The notes beneath the pieces were generated by a model, which was not told the origin of the DNA, did no database searches, and was given only the letters and a program-made list of their open reading frames with translations. This document shows, piece after piece, positions 8,996 to 17,510 of a stretch of DNA of 64,000 bases. Made by a program: the position numbers and the translations under genes. This DNA comes from Planctomycetota bacterium (GTDB taxonomy: Bacteria; Planctomycetota; UBA1135; UBA2386). Position 1 is the first letter of the stretch. Each line of letters begins with the position of its first letter. Location of the stretch: assembly GCA_016793265.1 (NCBI GenBank), contig JAEUHT010000166.1, forward strand, positions 7,699 through 71,698. Reading direction: 5' to 3'.

Positions 8996-10024
8996 ATGGA
9001 GATGCCGACGGAGATCCTGGCCTCGCTCGCGGACGCGGTAGGCGGCCTCGGCGCCGATGGCGCGCTGGTGCCGCACAACGACCGCATGCGGGCCCTGCTG
9101 GCGGAGCTGCAGGTTTGCCGCCACGACGAGCTCACGGCGCGGCTCGATGCACAGGGGGAAGCGCAAGCGTTCGGGCGCGGCGAACCCGTGCTGCTCGCCG
9201 CCGGCGCCGGGCTCTGGCAGCTGCGTCAGGTGAACGCGGCCGGCGGACCCTGGCTGGTGGCGACCGACGTCACCGACGAACACGCCGCCGCCGGTTGCCG
9301 CGCCGCGCTCGCGCGCAGCCGGCAGCTCGGCCAGCTCGCCGGCTCCCTGCTGCACGACCTCTGCAACCAGCTCAACTCGGCCGTGGCGCTGGCGGCGCAC
9401 GTGCGCGCCTTCCTGCAGGACCCGGCCGAGCTGGCGCTGCTCGACGAGCTCACCGGCGGCTCCAAGCAGGGGGTCGACCTGCTGCGCACCGTCGTGCGGC
9501 TGCTGCCTCGCGAACGGCAACGCCGCCAGCGCCTTGCGCTGCGCGGCCTGTTGACCGAGACCGCCGTCGCCGTCGGCAAGCTGCTGCGGCTGCAGGGCGC
9601 CGATCTCGAACTGCGCCTGGGCGGCGTCGAGTCATGGGTGCGCATGCCCGAGGCCGAAGTCGGTCAGGTGCTGCTGGCGGCGGTCACCACGCTGCTCGAT
9701 CTGCGCGCGCAGCATCTCACCTGCGAGCTCGAAGGTGGGCACCACGCGTTCGCGAACGGGCGCCCGCGGCCCGCGGTGCGCGTGGGCTTCGCCGGCGTGC
9801 TGCCGCACGCGGCGGACAGCGCGGCCGCGGCGGCGGCGCTCGGGCAGTTGGCCGGTGAGGGCCGCGGCCTCTACGCCAGCCGCACGCCGCCCGGGCTGTC
9901 GTTGGCCGGCTTCGCGCGCGCCGTGCTGGTGCTGTCCGCGCTCGGCGGCGAGTCCAGGGTCGGTGCGCGTGATGGCGCCGTCACGATCGACTACTGGCTG
10001 CCGCTCGCGGGGACCGGGGGCTGA
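8996..10024 (+). CDS. Histidine-kinase-like protein with a conserved H-box and a degenerate ATPase domain
   Basis: H-box-like LAGSLLHDLCNQLNSA. The C-terminal region lacks clear DxGxG and GxGxGL boxes. An alternative GTG start lies at 8972. The 3' end overlaps the convergent transglutaminase gene by 34 bp. Confidence 0.6.
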   Translation: MEMPTEILASLADAVGGLGADGALVPHNDRMRALLAELQVCRHDELTARLDAQGEAQAFGRGEPVLLAAGAGLWQLRQVNAAGGPWLVATDVTDEHAAAGCRAALARSRQLGQLAGSLLHDLCNQLNSAVALAAHVRAFLQDPAELALLDELTGGSKQGVDLLRTVVRLLPRERQRRQRLALRGLLTETAVAVGKLLRLQGADLELRLGGVESWVRMPEAEVGQVLLAAVTTLLDLRAQHLTCELEGGHHAFANGRPRPAVRVGFAGVLPHAADSAAAAAALGQLAGEGRGLYASRTPPGLSLAGFARAVLVLSALGGESRVGARDGAVTIDYWLPLAGTGG

Positions 10025-12009
10025 GCGGCGAGCTGCTTGGTGAGACGCTGGGCGACGAGCAGGCCGCGGCGCAGCCGTTCGCGGCGGTCGGCGTCGAGTT
10101 CCGAGCCACCGAAGCGTACGTCCTGGTAGGCGGCGAAGGCGTCGGCGATCTCGGGGCACAGGTGGCCATGCTGCGCCAGTTCGCGGGCGAACGCCTCGAG
10201 CGTGTCGCGGTGGCGGCGCACGTGGCCGGCGCGGGCGAGCTGCTGCAGCAGGCGCGCGAGCAGCCGCCGCGCCTGTCGCGCCGCAGGTGCCGGGGTGGCG
10301 GCCGCCGCGGCGCGTGGGGTGCGCGCGGGCAGCATCACCACGATCAGCGCCAGCACGAGCACGATGGCCAGCACCTGGCCCTGGCCCAGCCAGGCGAAGA
10401 GCTCGCGCCACGGCAGGCCGGCGGCCGCCTCCGGCGCGTCCGCAACGTCGCCGGCGTCGGTCGCCGCCGCGAAGGTCGGCGTGCGGCCGCGGTCGCCCGG
10501 GGGCGTCGGATCGAAGACCAGGTAGCCGAGTTCGCCGTACGGCACCTCGACCCAGGCGTGCGCGTGCTGCGAGCCGTAGATGCGCGCGCCGGGTTCGTCG
10601 GGGTCCGGCCCGCCGCCGTGCAGGCCGACGCCGATGCGGCAGGGAATGCCGCGCAGGCGCAGCATCAACGCCGCCGCCGAGGCGAAGTGCATGCAGAAGC
10701 CGCGGCGGTCGCCGTCGGCGAACAGGAAGTTCTCGAGCGGGTGCACGAACGGCCCGACCGGCTCGGCGCGGTCGTAGCGGCAGTGGCGCGCGAGGCCATC
10801 GGCGACCGCCTGCAGCACCTGGGCCGCCGGTCCATCGGCGCTCCAGCGCGCGAGCAGCGCGTCGAGGCGATGGATGTCGAGCCCTTGCGGCAGCCGGATC
10901 AGCGCCGCGTCGAGCGGACCGGCGTCGGGTTCGAGCTGGGGCGGCGACAGCCGTTGGTAGTCGACGCGGTAGCGGGTGCCGGCCGGCGGCGTCTGTCGCA
11001 GCCATTCGCGCGGGTGGTCGGCGAGCAGACCGGGCAGGCTGCCGAGCCGGCAGGTCGACGGCGGCGCGAAGACGAAGTTCATGGCGCCGGGCAGGCGCTC
11101 GATGTCGAGCTGCTGCACCGCGGCGCCGGGGCGCGGGTCGCGCTGGAAAACACCGTTGCCGGCCAGCGCTCGCGCCCGCACCGGGCCGATCTGCCAACGA
11201 TCGAGGTCCGGCACGGTGAAGAAGCCCGAGCGCAGGTAGAGGTCACTCGGCACCGCCTCGCCGTCGGGCCGCCGCACCCGCACGAGCTGTTCGTTGCCGA
11301 GCCCGCCGAGCAGGCCGCCGCCGAGCACGAAGTCGTCGGCGAGACCGGCGCTGCGAGGTTGGTCGGGGCGGCTGCTCGGCGTCGGCGCCGCCGGCCCGCC
11401 GGCCGGCGACGGCAGGCAGGCGAGGGCGCGGTCGAAGGCGAGGGTCGCCAACAGGCAGTAGACGGCGACCAGCACGGTGGCGGCGATGGCGCTGCCGCGC
11501 GCGGCCGGCGCCGGGGCGCGTTCGGGCAGGCGACCGAGCTGCCTGGCCTGTTGGTGCGCCGCGCAGCGCAGCGTCAGGCAGGCGGCGAGCACGAAGGCGC
11601 CGAGCATGGTGTGGTCGATGCCGTCGAGGATGACGCCGATCAGCAGCACGCAGAAGCTCAGGAACAGCGCCAACGACCGATCCGCCTCGTCCTGGCGCAC
11701 GGTGGCGAACGCGAGCGGCGGCAGGATCGTGCACGCCAGCGCCGCCGGCCGCGTCATCGGCCCGACGAACTCGAGCGCCAGCCAGCAGGCCGCGGTCTGC
11801 ATCAGGGTCGCGGCGGCGAAGCGTTGCCACGCCGACGGACGCAGACGGCTGAGCAGGCCGAGCGCGGCGCCAGGCAGGGTGAACGCGAGCAACCAGCCCG
11901 GCGGCAACGCCGCGGCCGGCAGGTTGCCGAGCGCGAGCGCCGCGCAGACGAGCTGCAGCACGGCCGACAGCCACCGCACCGCCGGTCGCACCTGGCCGGC
12001 CACGTTCAT
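9991..12009 (-). CDS. Transglutaminase-like membrane protein (TgpA-type)
   Basis: 672 aa with N-terminal TM helices. Cys-His-Asp core: GFCMHFASAAALMLRLRGIPCR, HAWVEV, FDPTP. C-terminal TM plus a DUF4129-like tail. The start overlaps the DUF58 stop (ATGA). Confidence 0.9.
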   Translation of the reverse strand: MNVAGQVRPAVRWLSAVLQLVCAALALGNLPAAALPPGWLLAFTLPGAALGLLSRLRPSAWQRFAAATLMQTAACWLALEFVGPMTRPAALACTILPPLAFATVRQDEADRSLALFLSFCVLLIGVILDGIDHTMLGAFVLAACLTLRCAAHQQARQLGRLPERAPAPAARGSAIAATVLVAVYCLLATLAFDRALACLPSPAGGPAAPTPSSRPDQPRSAGLADDFVLGGGLLGGLGNEQLVRVRRPDGEAVPSDLYLRSGFFTVPDLDRWQIGPVRARALAGNGVFQRDPRPGAAVQQLDIERLPGAMNFVFAPPSTCRLGSLPGLLADHPREWLRQTPPAGTRYRVDYQRLSPPQLEPDAGPLDAALIRLPQGLDIHRLDALLARWSADGPAAQVLQAVADGLARHCRYDRAEPVGPFVHPLENFLFADGDRRGFCMHFASAAALMLRLRGIPCRIGVGLHGGGPDPDEPGARIYGSQHAHAWVEVPYGELGYLVFDPTPPGDRGRTPTFAAATDAGDVADAPEAAAGLPWRELFAWLGQGQVLAIVLVLALIVVMLPARTPRAAAAATPAPAARQARRLLARLLQQLARAGHVRRHRDTLEAFARELAQHGHLCPEIADAFAAYQDVRFGGSELDADRRERLRRGLLVAQRLTKQLAAQPPVPASGSQ

Positions 12010-13079
12010 TCGAAGTCACCTCCGACCAACGTCACCGAGCCGGGCATCGCCGCGAACTCGGGCGAGGCGAGGTAGGCGCCGGCCGGGATCCAGTAGCAGT
12101 GGGCGAGGCGGCGCAGCTCCTCGAACTGCTCGCCCGGCACGCTGCGGTGCGGCGATGGCCCGGCCTCGGCGAGCAGCGTCAGCAGCTCGAGCTCCTGCGC
12201 CGGCCCGCGCACGTGGAAGTTCGCCGCCTCGGTGGCGATCACCAGCACGCGCAGCTCGGCGCCGCGGCCGCGCAGATGGGCGACCAGCGACGCGCAGGCG
12301 CCGAGGCTCCATTCGAAGCGACGCACGCCCTGGTGCAGCGCGCGGCCCGGCGGTCGGCGCAGGTCGAGCACGACGCCGACGGTGCGCGGCACGCGGCCGT
12401 GGGTGACGCGGCGCACCAGGGTGCCGGTGGCGGCCGAACGCAGGGCGTGTACGCCGCGCGCTTCGTCGTCGAGGCGGTGTTCGCGCAGGCTGTGGAACTC
12501 GGGCCCCGGCAGCGGCGACCGGTCCTGCGGCGCCACTTCGACCTCGCTCGCCGCCTGCACGACCTCCGCCGACAGCGGCACGCGCGCCGGTTCGGTGACG
12601 AGATCGGCGGTGACGCGGCAGACGGCGCGGGCACGGAACAGGCCCAGCGGCCACGACGACTCCAGCAGGAACACCCGTTCGAGCTGGTGGCAGCGGGTCA
12701 GGCTGCATTGGCGCAGCGAGAACGTCGTCGGCGCGCCGCGCGGCACCGTCGGCAGCAGCGCCGGCGGCTCGGTGCGCATCGTGCGTGGTTCGGTCAGCAG
12801 GCACTCCCGCAAGGTGCTGCGGCCGAGGTGGCTCAGCAGCACGTGCTCGGTGTAGCGCGAGCCGGCGGCGGTGCGCCGCGGCGGCAGCGACAGCACGGTC
12901 TGGTGCAGGCGGCGTTGTTTGGCCACGAAGTCGACCAGGAGCGGCGCCGCCAGCATCGCCGCGGCGATGCGCGCGTTCGCGTCGTCGGCCAGCCACGAGG
13001 CGCCGGCGGCGAGCGCCGCCAGCCAGGCCAGGATGCGGCCGCGCAGCGTGAACTCGATGGTGGTCGCGGGCTTCGCCAT
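12006..13079 (-). CDS. DUF58 family protein (vWA-like partner of MoxR)
   Basis: ATG at 13079 (MAKPATTIEF...). It sits between the MoxR and transglutaminase genes, as in the common three-gene operon. LREHRLDDEARGVHALRSAATGTL is a degenerate version of the family's REY..GD..R.I.W..SA block. Confidence 0.75.
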   Translation of the reverse strand: MAKPATTIEFTLRGRILAWLAALAAGASWLADDANARIAAAMLAAPLLVDFVAKQRRLHQTVLSLPPRRTAAGSRYTEHVLLSHLGRSTLRECLLTEPRTMRTEPPALLPTVPRGAPTTFSLRQCSLTRCHQLERVFLLESSWPLGLFRARAVCRVTADLVTEPARVPLSAEVVQAASEVEVAPQDRSPLPGPEFHSLREHRLDDEARGVHALRSAATGTLVRRVTHGRVPRTVGVVLDLRRPPGRALHQGVRRFEWSLGACASLVAHLRGRGAELRVLVIATEAANFHVRGPAQELELLTLLAEAGPSPHRSVPGEQFEELRRLAHCYWIPAGAYLASPEFAAMPGSVTLVGGDFE

Positions 13080-13086
13080 GCGGCGC

Positions 13087-13998
13087 TCAATCGGGCAGCG
13101 GCGTGGTGGCGAGGATCTCGTGCAGGATCGACTCCGTATCGCCGCCGGCGCGCGGCACCAGGCGGTGTGCCCACGTCGGCAGCAAGAGCGCCCGCACGTC
13201 GTCCGGCACCACGTAGGCGCGGCCGTGCACGAAGGCGCGGGCACGGCAGGCCCGGTGCAGCGCCTGCGCGCCGCGGGTGCTGATGCCCTGCAGCAGTTCG
13301 CCGCTGCGCCGCGTCTGGTTGGCGAGCTCGACCATGAAGGCGACCAGCTCCCGATCGCAGCGCACGGCGTCGACGCCGGCGCGCGCCGCCTGCAGGTCGT
13401 CGCGTCCCGCCACCGGCGACAGCCGATCGGCGTAGAGGTGGCCGTCCTCGCGCGCCACCACCTCGATCTCGTGCTCGGCGTCGAGGTGGCCGATACGCAG
13501 GCAGAACAGGAAACGATCGAGCTGGTTCTCCGGCAGCGGGTAGGTGCCCGCCGTGGTCAGCGGGTTCTGCGTCGCCACCACGAAGAACGGCTCCGGCAGC
13601 GCGTGCGACTCGCGGTCGATGGTGACGCGGCGCTCGGCCAGGCACTCCAGCAGCGCCGATTGGGTGCGCGGCGGCGTGCGGTTGAGTTCGTCGGCCAGCA
13701 GCACGGAGGCGAACACCGGGCCCGGCCGGAACGTCAGTTCGCCGGTGCGCGGGTGGTAGACCTGACCGCCGGTGATGTCGCTCGGCAGCAGGTCGGCCGT
13801 GCACTGCACACGCTGGAACGGCAGGTCGAGCACCTTCGCCAGGCTCTTGGCCAGCAGCGTCTTGCCGACGCCGGGCTGATCCTCGATCAGCAGGTGGCCG
13901 CCGGCGAACAAGGCGATCACCGCCAGCTCGACCGTGGCCTCCTTGCCGCGCAGGCTCTGGCCTACGGCGGTGATCAGTTTCTGCGCGAGTGGTGACAT
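13087..13998 (-). CDS. MoxR-family AAA+ ATPase
   Basis: 303 aa. Walker A EDQPGVGKT, Walker B VLLADELNR, then VVATQNP and QLDRF. Confidence 0.95.
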   Translation of the reverse strand: MSPLAQKLITAVGQSLRGKEATVELAVIALFAGGHLLIEDQPGVGKTLLAKSLAKVLDLPFQRVQCTADLLPSDITGGQVYHPRTGELTFRPGPVFASVLLADELNRTPPRTQSALLECLAERRVTIDRESHALPEPFFVVATQNPLTTAGTYPLPENQLDRFLFCLRIGHLDAEHEIEVVAREDGHLYADRLSPVAGRDDLQAARAGVDAVRCDRELVAFMVELANQTRRSGELLQGISTRGAQALHRACRARAFVHGRAYVVPDDVRALLLPTWAHRLVPRAGGDTESILHEILATTPLPD

Positions 13999-14112
13999 CG
14001 AGGGAGCTCGGGGACGGGCATGCTACCGCCGCGCTGCCGCCGTTGGGCCGGTGGAACGGCGGCCGCGGCTTGCCGGTTCGCCGCGGGCCGCCCACCCGTT
14101 ACCTTCGTCCGC

Positions 14113-15342
14113 GTGAGCAAGCCCATCGTCGCCAACTTCCAGGCCCGCGGTCACCTGATCGACTCCGGCCTGCTCTCCGATGCCCTCGAGGCGGTGCAGG
14201 CGGCCGGTGCCAGCTACCGTGTGCTGCGCCTCGACATCGGCTTGCAGCGCACCGACGAGAGCCAGCTCGAGCTCGAGGTCACCGCCCCGGCCAGAAAGCA
14301 GTGGGAACGGGTGCGCGCCGACCTGATGAGCCTCGGGCTCAGCGAGACCGAGACGCAGGACGCCGTGTTCGCGACCGTCGACCTCGATGGCACCGCGCCC
14401 GAGGGCTTCTACTCGACCACCAACCTGGCCACCGAGGTGCGCATCGGCGGCCACTGGCACCCGGTGCAGCACCAGCGCATGGACGCGACGATCGTCTGGG
14501 ACGGCAGCGCCGCCGTCTGCGTCAAGCTGCGCGACCTCGCCGTCGGCCAGCGCCTCGTAGTGGGCTTCGCCGGCATCCGCGTCACGCCGCACACGACGCG
14601 CAAGCTGCAGGAAGGCAAGTTCGGCTTCATGCAGGGCGGCGCCAGCAGCGAACGCCGCCTCGCCGCGCAGGTCGACGAGGTCGTGCGGGAATGGCAGCGG
14701 GTGCGCAGCGAGGGCAAGAAGGTGATCCTGGTCGCCGGGCCGGTGGTGGTGCACGTCGGCGCCGGGCCGGTGCTGGCGGCGATCCTGCGCGCGGGCCACG
14801 TCGACGGGCTCCTGTCGGGCAACGCGCTCGCCGTGCACGACATCGAGAGCGCGCTGCACGGCACCAGCCTCGGCGTCGACCAGAAGAGCGGGCGGCCGAC
14901 GGTGCACGGCCACATGCACCACATGCGGGCCATCAATACGATCCGCCGCGCCGGCAGCGTGCGCGCCGCCATCGACCGGGGCCTGCTGCAGCACGGCGTG
15001 ATGCACGCCTGTGTGACCGCCGGCGTGCCGTTCTGCCTCGCCGGCTCGATCCGCGACGACGGGCCGCTGCCCGACACCGAGATGGACCTGATCAAGGCGC
15101 AGGAAGGCTACGCCCGCATCCTCGACAACGCCGGGCTGGTGGTCATCCTGAGCTCGATGCTGCACGGCATCGGCACCGGCAACATGATCCCGGCCGAGGT
15201 GATGACGGTGTGCGTCGACATCCACCCGGCGGTCGTCAGCAAGCTCAGCGACCGCGGCTCGGCGCAGAGCCAGGGCATCGTCACCGACGTCGGCGCCTTC
15301 CTCTTGGCGCTGGCGGAACGGCTCGGCGTGGTGGTGAAGTAG
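14113..15342 (+). CDS. LOR/SDH-domain protein (TIGR00300-type; lysine-oxoglutarate reductase / saccharopine dehydrogenase-like fold)
   Basis: GTG at 14113. The N-terminus FQARGHLIDSGLLSDALEAV...RVLRLDIG matches my recollection of the family. Length 409 aa. Confidence 0.7.
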   Translation: MSKPIVANFQARGHLIDSGLLSDALEAVQAAGASYRVLRLDIGLQRTDESQLELEVTAPARKQWERVRADLMSLGLSETETQDAVFATVDLDGTAPEGFYSTTNLATEVRIGGHWHPVQHQRMDATIVWDGSAAVCVKLRDLAVGQRLVVGFAGIRVTPHTTRKLQEGKFGFMQGGASSERRLAAQVDEVVREWQRVRSEGKKVILVAGPVVVHVGAGPVLAAILRAGHVDGLLSGNALAVHDIESALHGTSLGVDQKSGRPTVHGHMHHMRAINTIRRAGSVRAAIDRGLLQHGVMHACVTAGVPFCLAGSIRDDGPLPDTEMDLIKAQEGYARILDNAGLVVILSSMLHGIGTGNMIPAEVMTVCVDIHPAVVSKLSDRGSAQSQGIVTDVGAFLLALAERLGVVVK

Positions 15343-15405
15343 CACCTCGGCAGCGCTTCGGCAGGCCACGGGCACGGTCGCCGACAGCAACACCGGAGGG
15401 CACGC

Positions 15406-17328
15406 TCACTGGATCGTCGCTGCGACCCCGTTCGACAGCACGACGCCCTCCGGCCCCGCGGCATCGAACGCCAGCGCCTGGGCCCACAAGTCGGTGCCGA
15501 GCAGACTCGTCGACCACGGCACAGCGACCGGCGTGGTGAACGTGCCGAGCGCATCGGCGAGGCCCGGTACCAACACCGCCGGCACGACGAGCAGCGTGCC
15601 GCCGAACAGTGGCAGCGTGGTGCCCTGGAAGCCGAGACCGAGCGCCAGCAGCGCGCCGGGCACGGCGCAGTTGCCTTGCGCGTACAGCGTGCCGCCGAGG
15701 CCGGCGCGCCCGTGCATGGACGCGCCGAGCACACCGGCGCTGCCTGCCATGCCGGTGCCGAAGGTGCCGATGGGGCCGCCCGGCAGGCGCGACGCCAGGA
15801 GGCCGACCGCGTCCGCGACGACCGACTGGCCGCTGCGGCCGTGCACCGTCAGCGTGGTCGAACCCGCTGGCAGCCAGAACGTCGCCAACTCGCGGCAGCC
15901 GCTCGGCGCCGCCGTCGTCTCGTCGACCGCCAGCACCGTGGTGCCGCCCGCGTGCACGACCTCGAACGGCGCGCCGGTGGCGAGGCCGGCGGCGTTCGGC
16001 ACGCTCGTGCACAGCGTCCAGAGCCCGGCGCTCGGCACCGACAGCGAATAGACGACCTGCTCGGTCGGCCCCGAACTCGGCAGTGTCATGCGCGCGGTGC
16101 CGCCGCTCGAACCGACCAGGCTGACCGGCAGGAAGCCCGGCGTGACGGTCGTCGTCGGGGCGTTCTCCTCGACCACCACCATCGGCGGGCGCCAGCCGGC
16201 GGGCTGGCCGGGCACCGCGACGGCGGCCTGGAAGTAGGTCGCCTGCAGCGAAGGCAAGTCGTCGTAGAGCCCCTCCGCGTACCAGAACACGTGCCCCGGC
16301 AGGTTGCGCGCGCGGTTGGCGGCGACCATGCCGAGTACCTCGCTGGTCGGTGTGCCGGTGATGGCGCGGATGCCCGGCGCCACCTTGCTGCGCAGCGGCA
16401 CCGGCAACGTCGCCAGCTGTTGGTCGAGCGTCGTCGTGTACGACGCGACCGTCGTGCGGTAGACCTGCGGGTAGACGAGGTCGAGCGACGACGCCGTCAC
16501 CCACTGCGGCCAGTCCTGCAGGAAGTTGTCATACGAGCCGGGCCACACCGTCGGCGCGTCGGTGACACGCACCGAGCCGCGCACCGCCTTGGCCGCGTCG
16601 TAGAGCGACGTGTGGAACGCGTTGAGCTGGTCGGCGCGCCAACGCTTCCAGGCAGCGTGGTTGACGTTGGTCGGCGGGTTGTTGCCGGTCGCGGCCAGGT
16701 AGGCGGCGCTGGTCGTCGGGTCATAGCCGAAGCTGGTCGATGGATAGCGGCAGCGGTCGAACTGCACGCCGTCGACGTCGTAGCGGCGCACGACCTCCAC
16801 CACGAGGTCGACCAGGAACTGTCGCACCGCCGGATGCTCGTGGCTCGCCCAGGTGAAGAAGCCTCCCGCACCGTCACTGACCTGCGTGTTGCCGGTGTTG
16901 TCCTGACCGACCCACGACGGGTTGGCGTTCAGCACCGGCCCGCGGCCGTTGGCGCCGGCGTACCAGCCGCTCCAGCCGAACATGAATCCATACTCGAACC
17001 AGGCTTCGACCTCGATGCCGCGGCGATGCGCCTCGAACACGAACTCGGCCAGCGGATCGCGGCCGACGTAGGCCGGGTCCTGCGTGACGCCGCAGGCGGC
17101 GGCGAGCACGTCGCTCGGGTGGATCGTGTAGCCGCGGCTCCAGACGTTGACGCAGACGCAGTTGCAGTTCGCGGCGAGCAGCTGGTCGAGCGTGCTCTGG
17201 ATCTTCGTGCGCGACGTCAGGCCGTCGCGCGCGACCCAGACGGCGCGCAGCTCGGACTGGCCTGGCGTGGTGGTGGCGAGCAGAGCGGCGAACACCAAGA
17301 GGGCAGCGAACCGCGGGGTGGACGTCAT
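15406..17328 (-). CDS. Secreted glycoside-hydrolase-like GHL10 (DUF187/YngK-type) protein with C-terminal shared module
   Basis: ATG at 17328, signal peptide MTSTPRFAALLVFAALLATTTPGQS. ELRAVWVARDG...NCVCVNVWSRGYTIHPS matches the family N-terminus. About 115 aa of C-terminal module (see findings). Confidence 0.8.
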   Translation of the reverse strand: MTSTPRFAALLVFAALLATTTPGQSELRAVWVARDGLTSRTKIQSTLDQLLAANCNCVCVNVWSRGYTIHPSDVLAAACGVTQDPAYVGRDPLAEFVFEAHRRGIEVEAWFEYGFMFGWSGWYAGANGRGPVLNANPSWVGQDNTGNTQVSDGAGGFFTWASHEHPAVRQFLVDLVVEVVRRYDVDGVQFDRCRYPSTSFGYDPTTSAAYLAATGNNPPTNVNHAAWKRWRADQLNAFHTSLYDAAKAVRGSVRVTDAPTVWPGSYDNFLQDWPQWVTASSLDLVYPQVYRTTVASYTTTLDQQLATLPVPLRSKVAPGIRAITGTPTSEVLGMVAANRARNLPGHVFWYAEGLYDDLPSLQATYFQAAVAVPGQPAGWRPPMVVVEENAPTTTVTPGFLPVSLVGSSGGTARMTLPSSGPTEQVVYSLSVPSAGLWTLCTSVPNAAGLATGAPFEVVHAGGTTVLAVDETTAAPSGCRELATFWLPAGSTTLTVHGRSGQSVVADAVGLLASRLPGGPIGTFGTGMAGSAGVLGASMHGRAGLGGTLYAQGNCAVPGALLALGLGFQGTTLPLFGGTLLVVPAVLVPGLADALGTFTTPVAVPWSTSLLGTDLWAQALAFDAAGPEGVVLSNGVAATIQ

Positions 17329-17510
17329 GGTGTGCGAGCCACGGTAGCACGCTCCGACCCGTTGCGGATCACGGGCGGGTCTTGATGCAGGCTGGCGAGG
17401 TAGCGCTGCAGGGGCCCGTGCAAGGCGGCACCGGCATGCCCGAGGCCCTGCGAACCCCCGCGGCGGCCGCGAGCGGGTAGGCTGTCGCGACCCTGCTCGA
17501 ATCACCACCG

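Noticed and set aside
4753-9135. 1460-aa minus-strand ORF, one of the longest in the track
   Set aside because: It is an Arg/Ala/Pro-rich low-complexity translation antisense to four motif-supported plus-strand genes (M28 peptidase, lipoprotein, aspartic protease, kinase-like). This is a typical high-GC shadow ORF.
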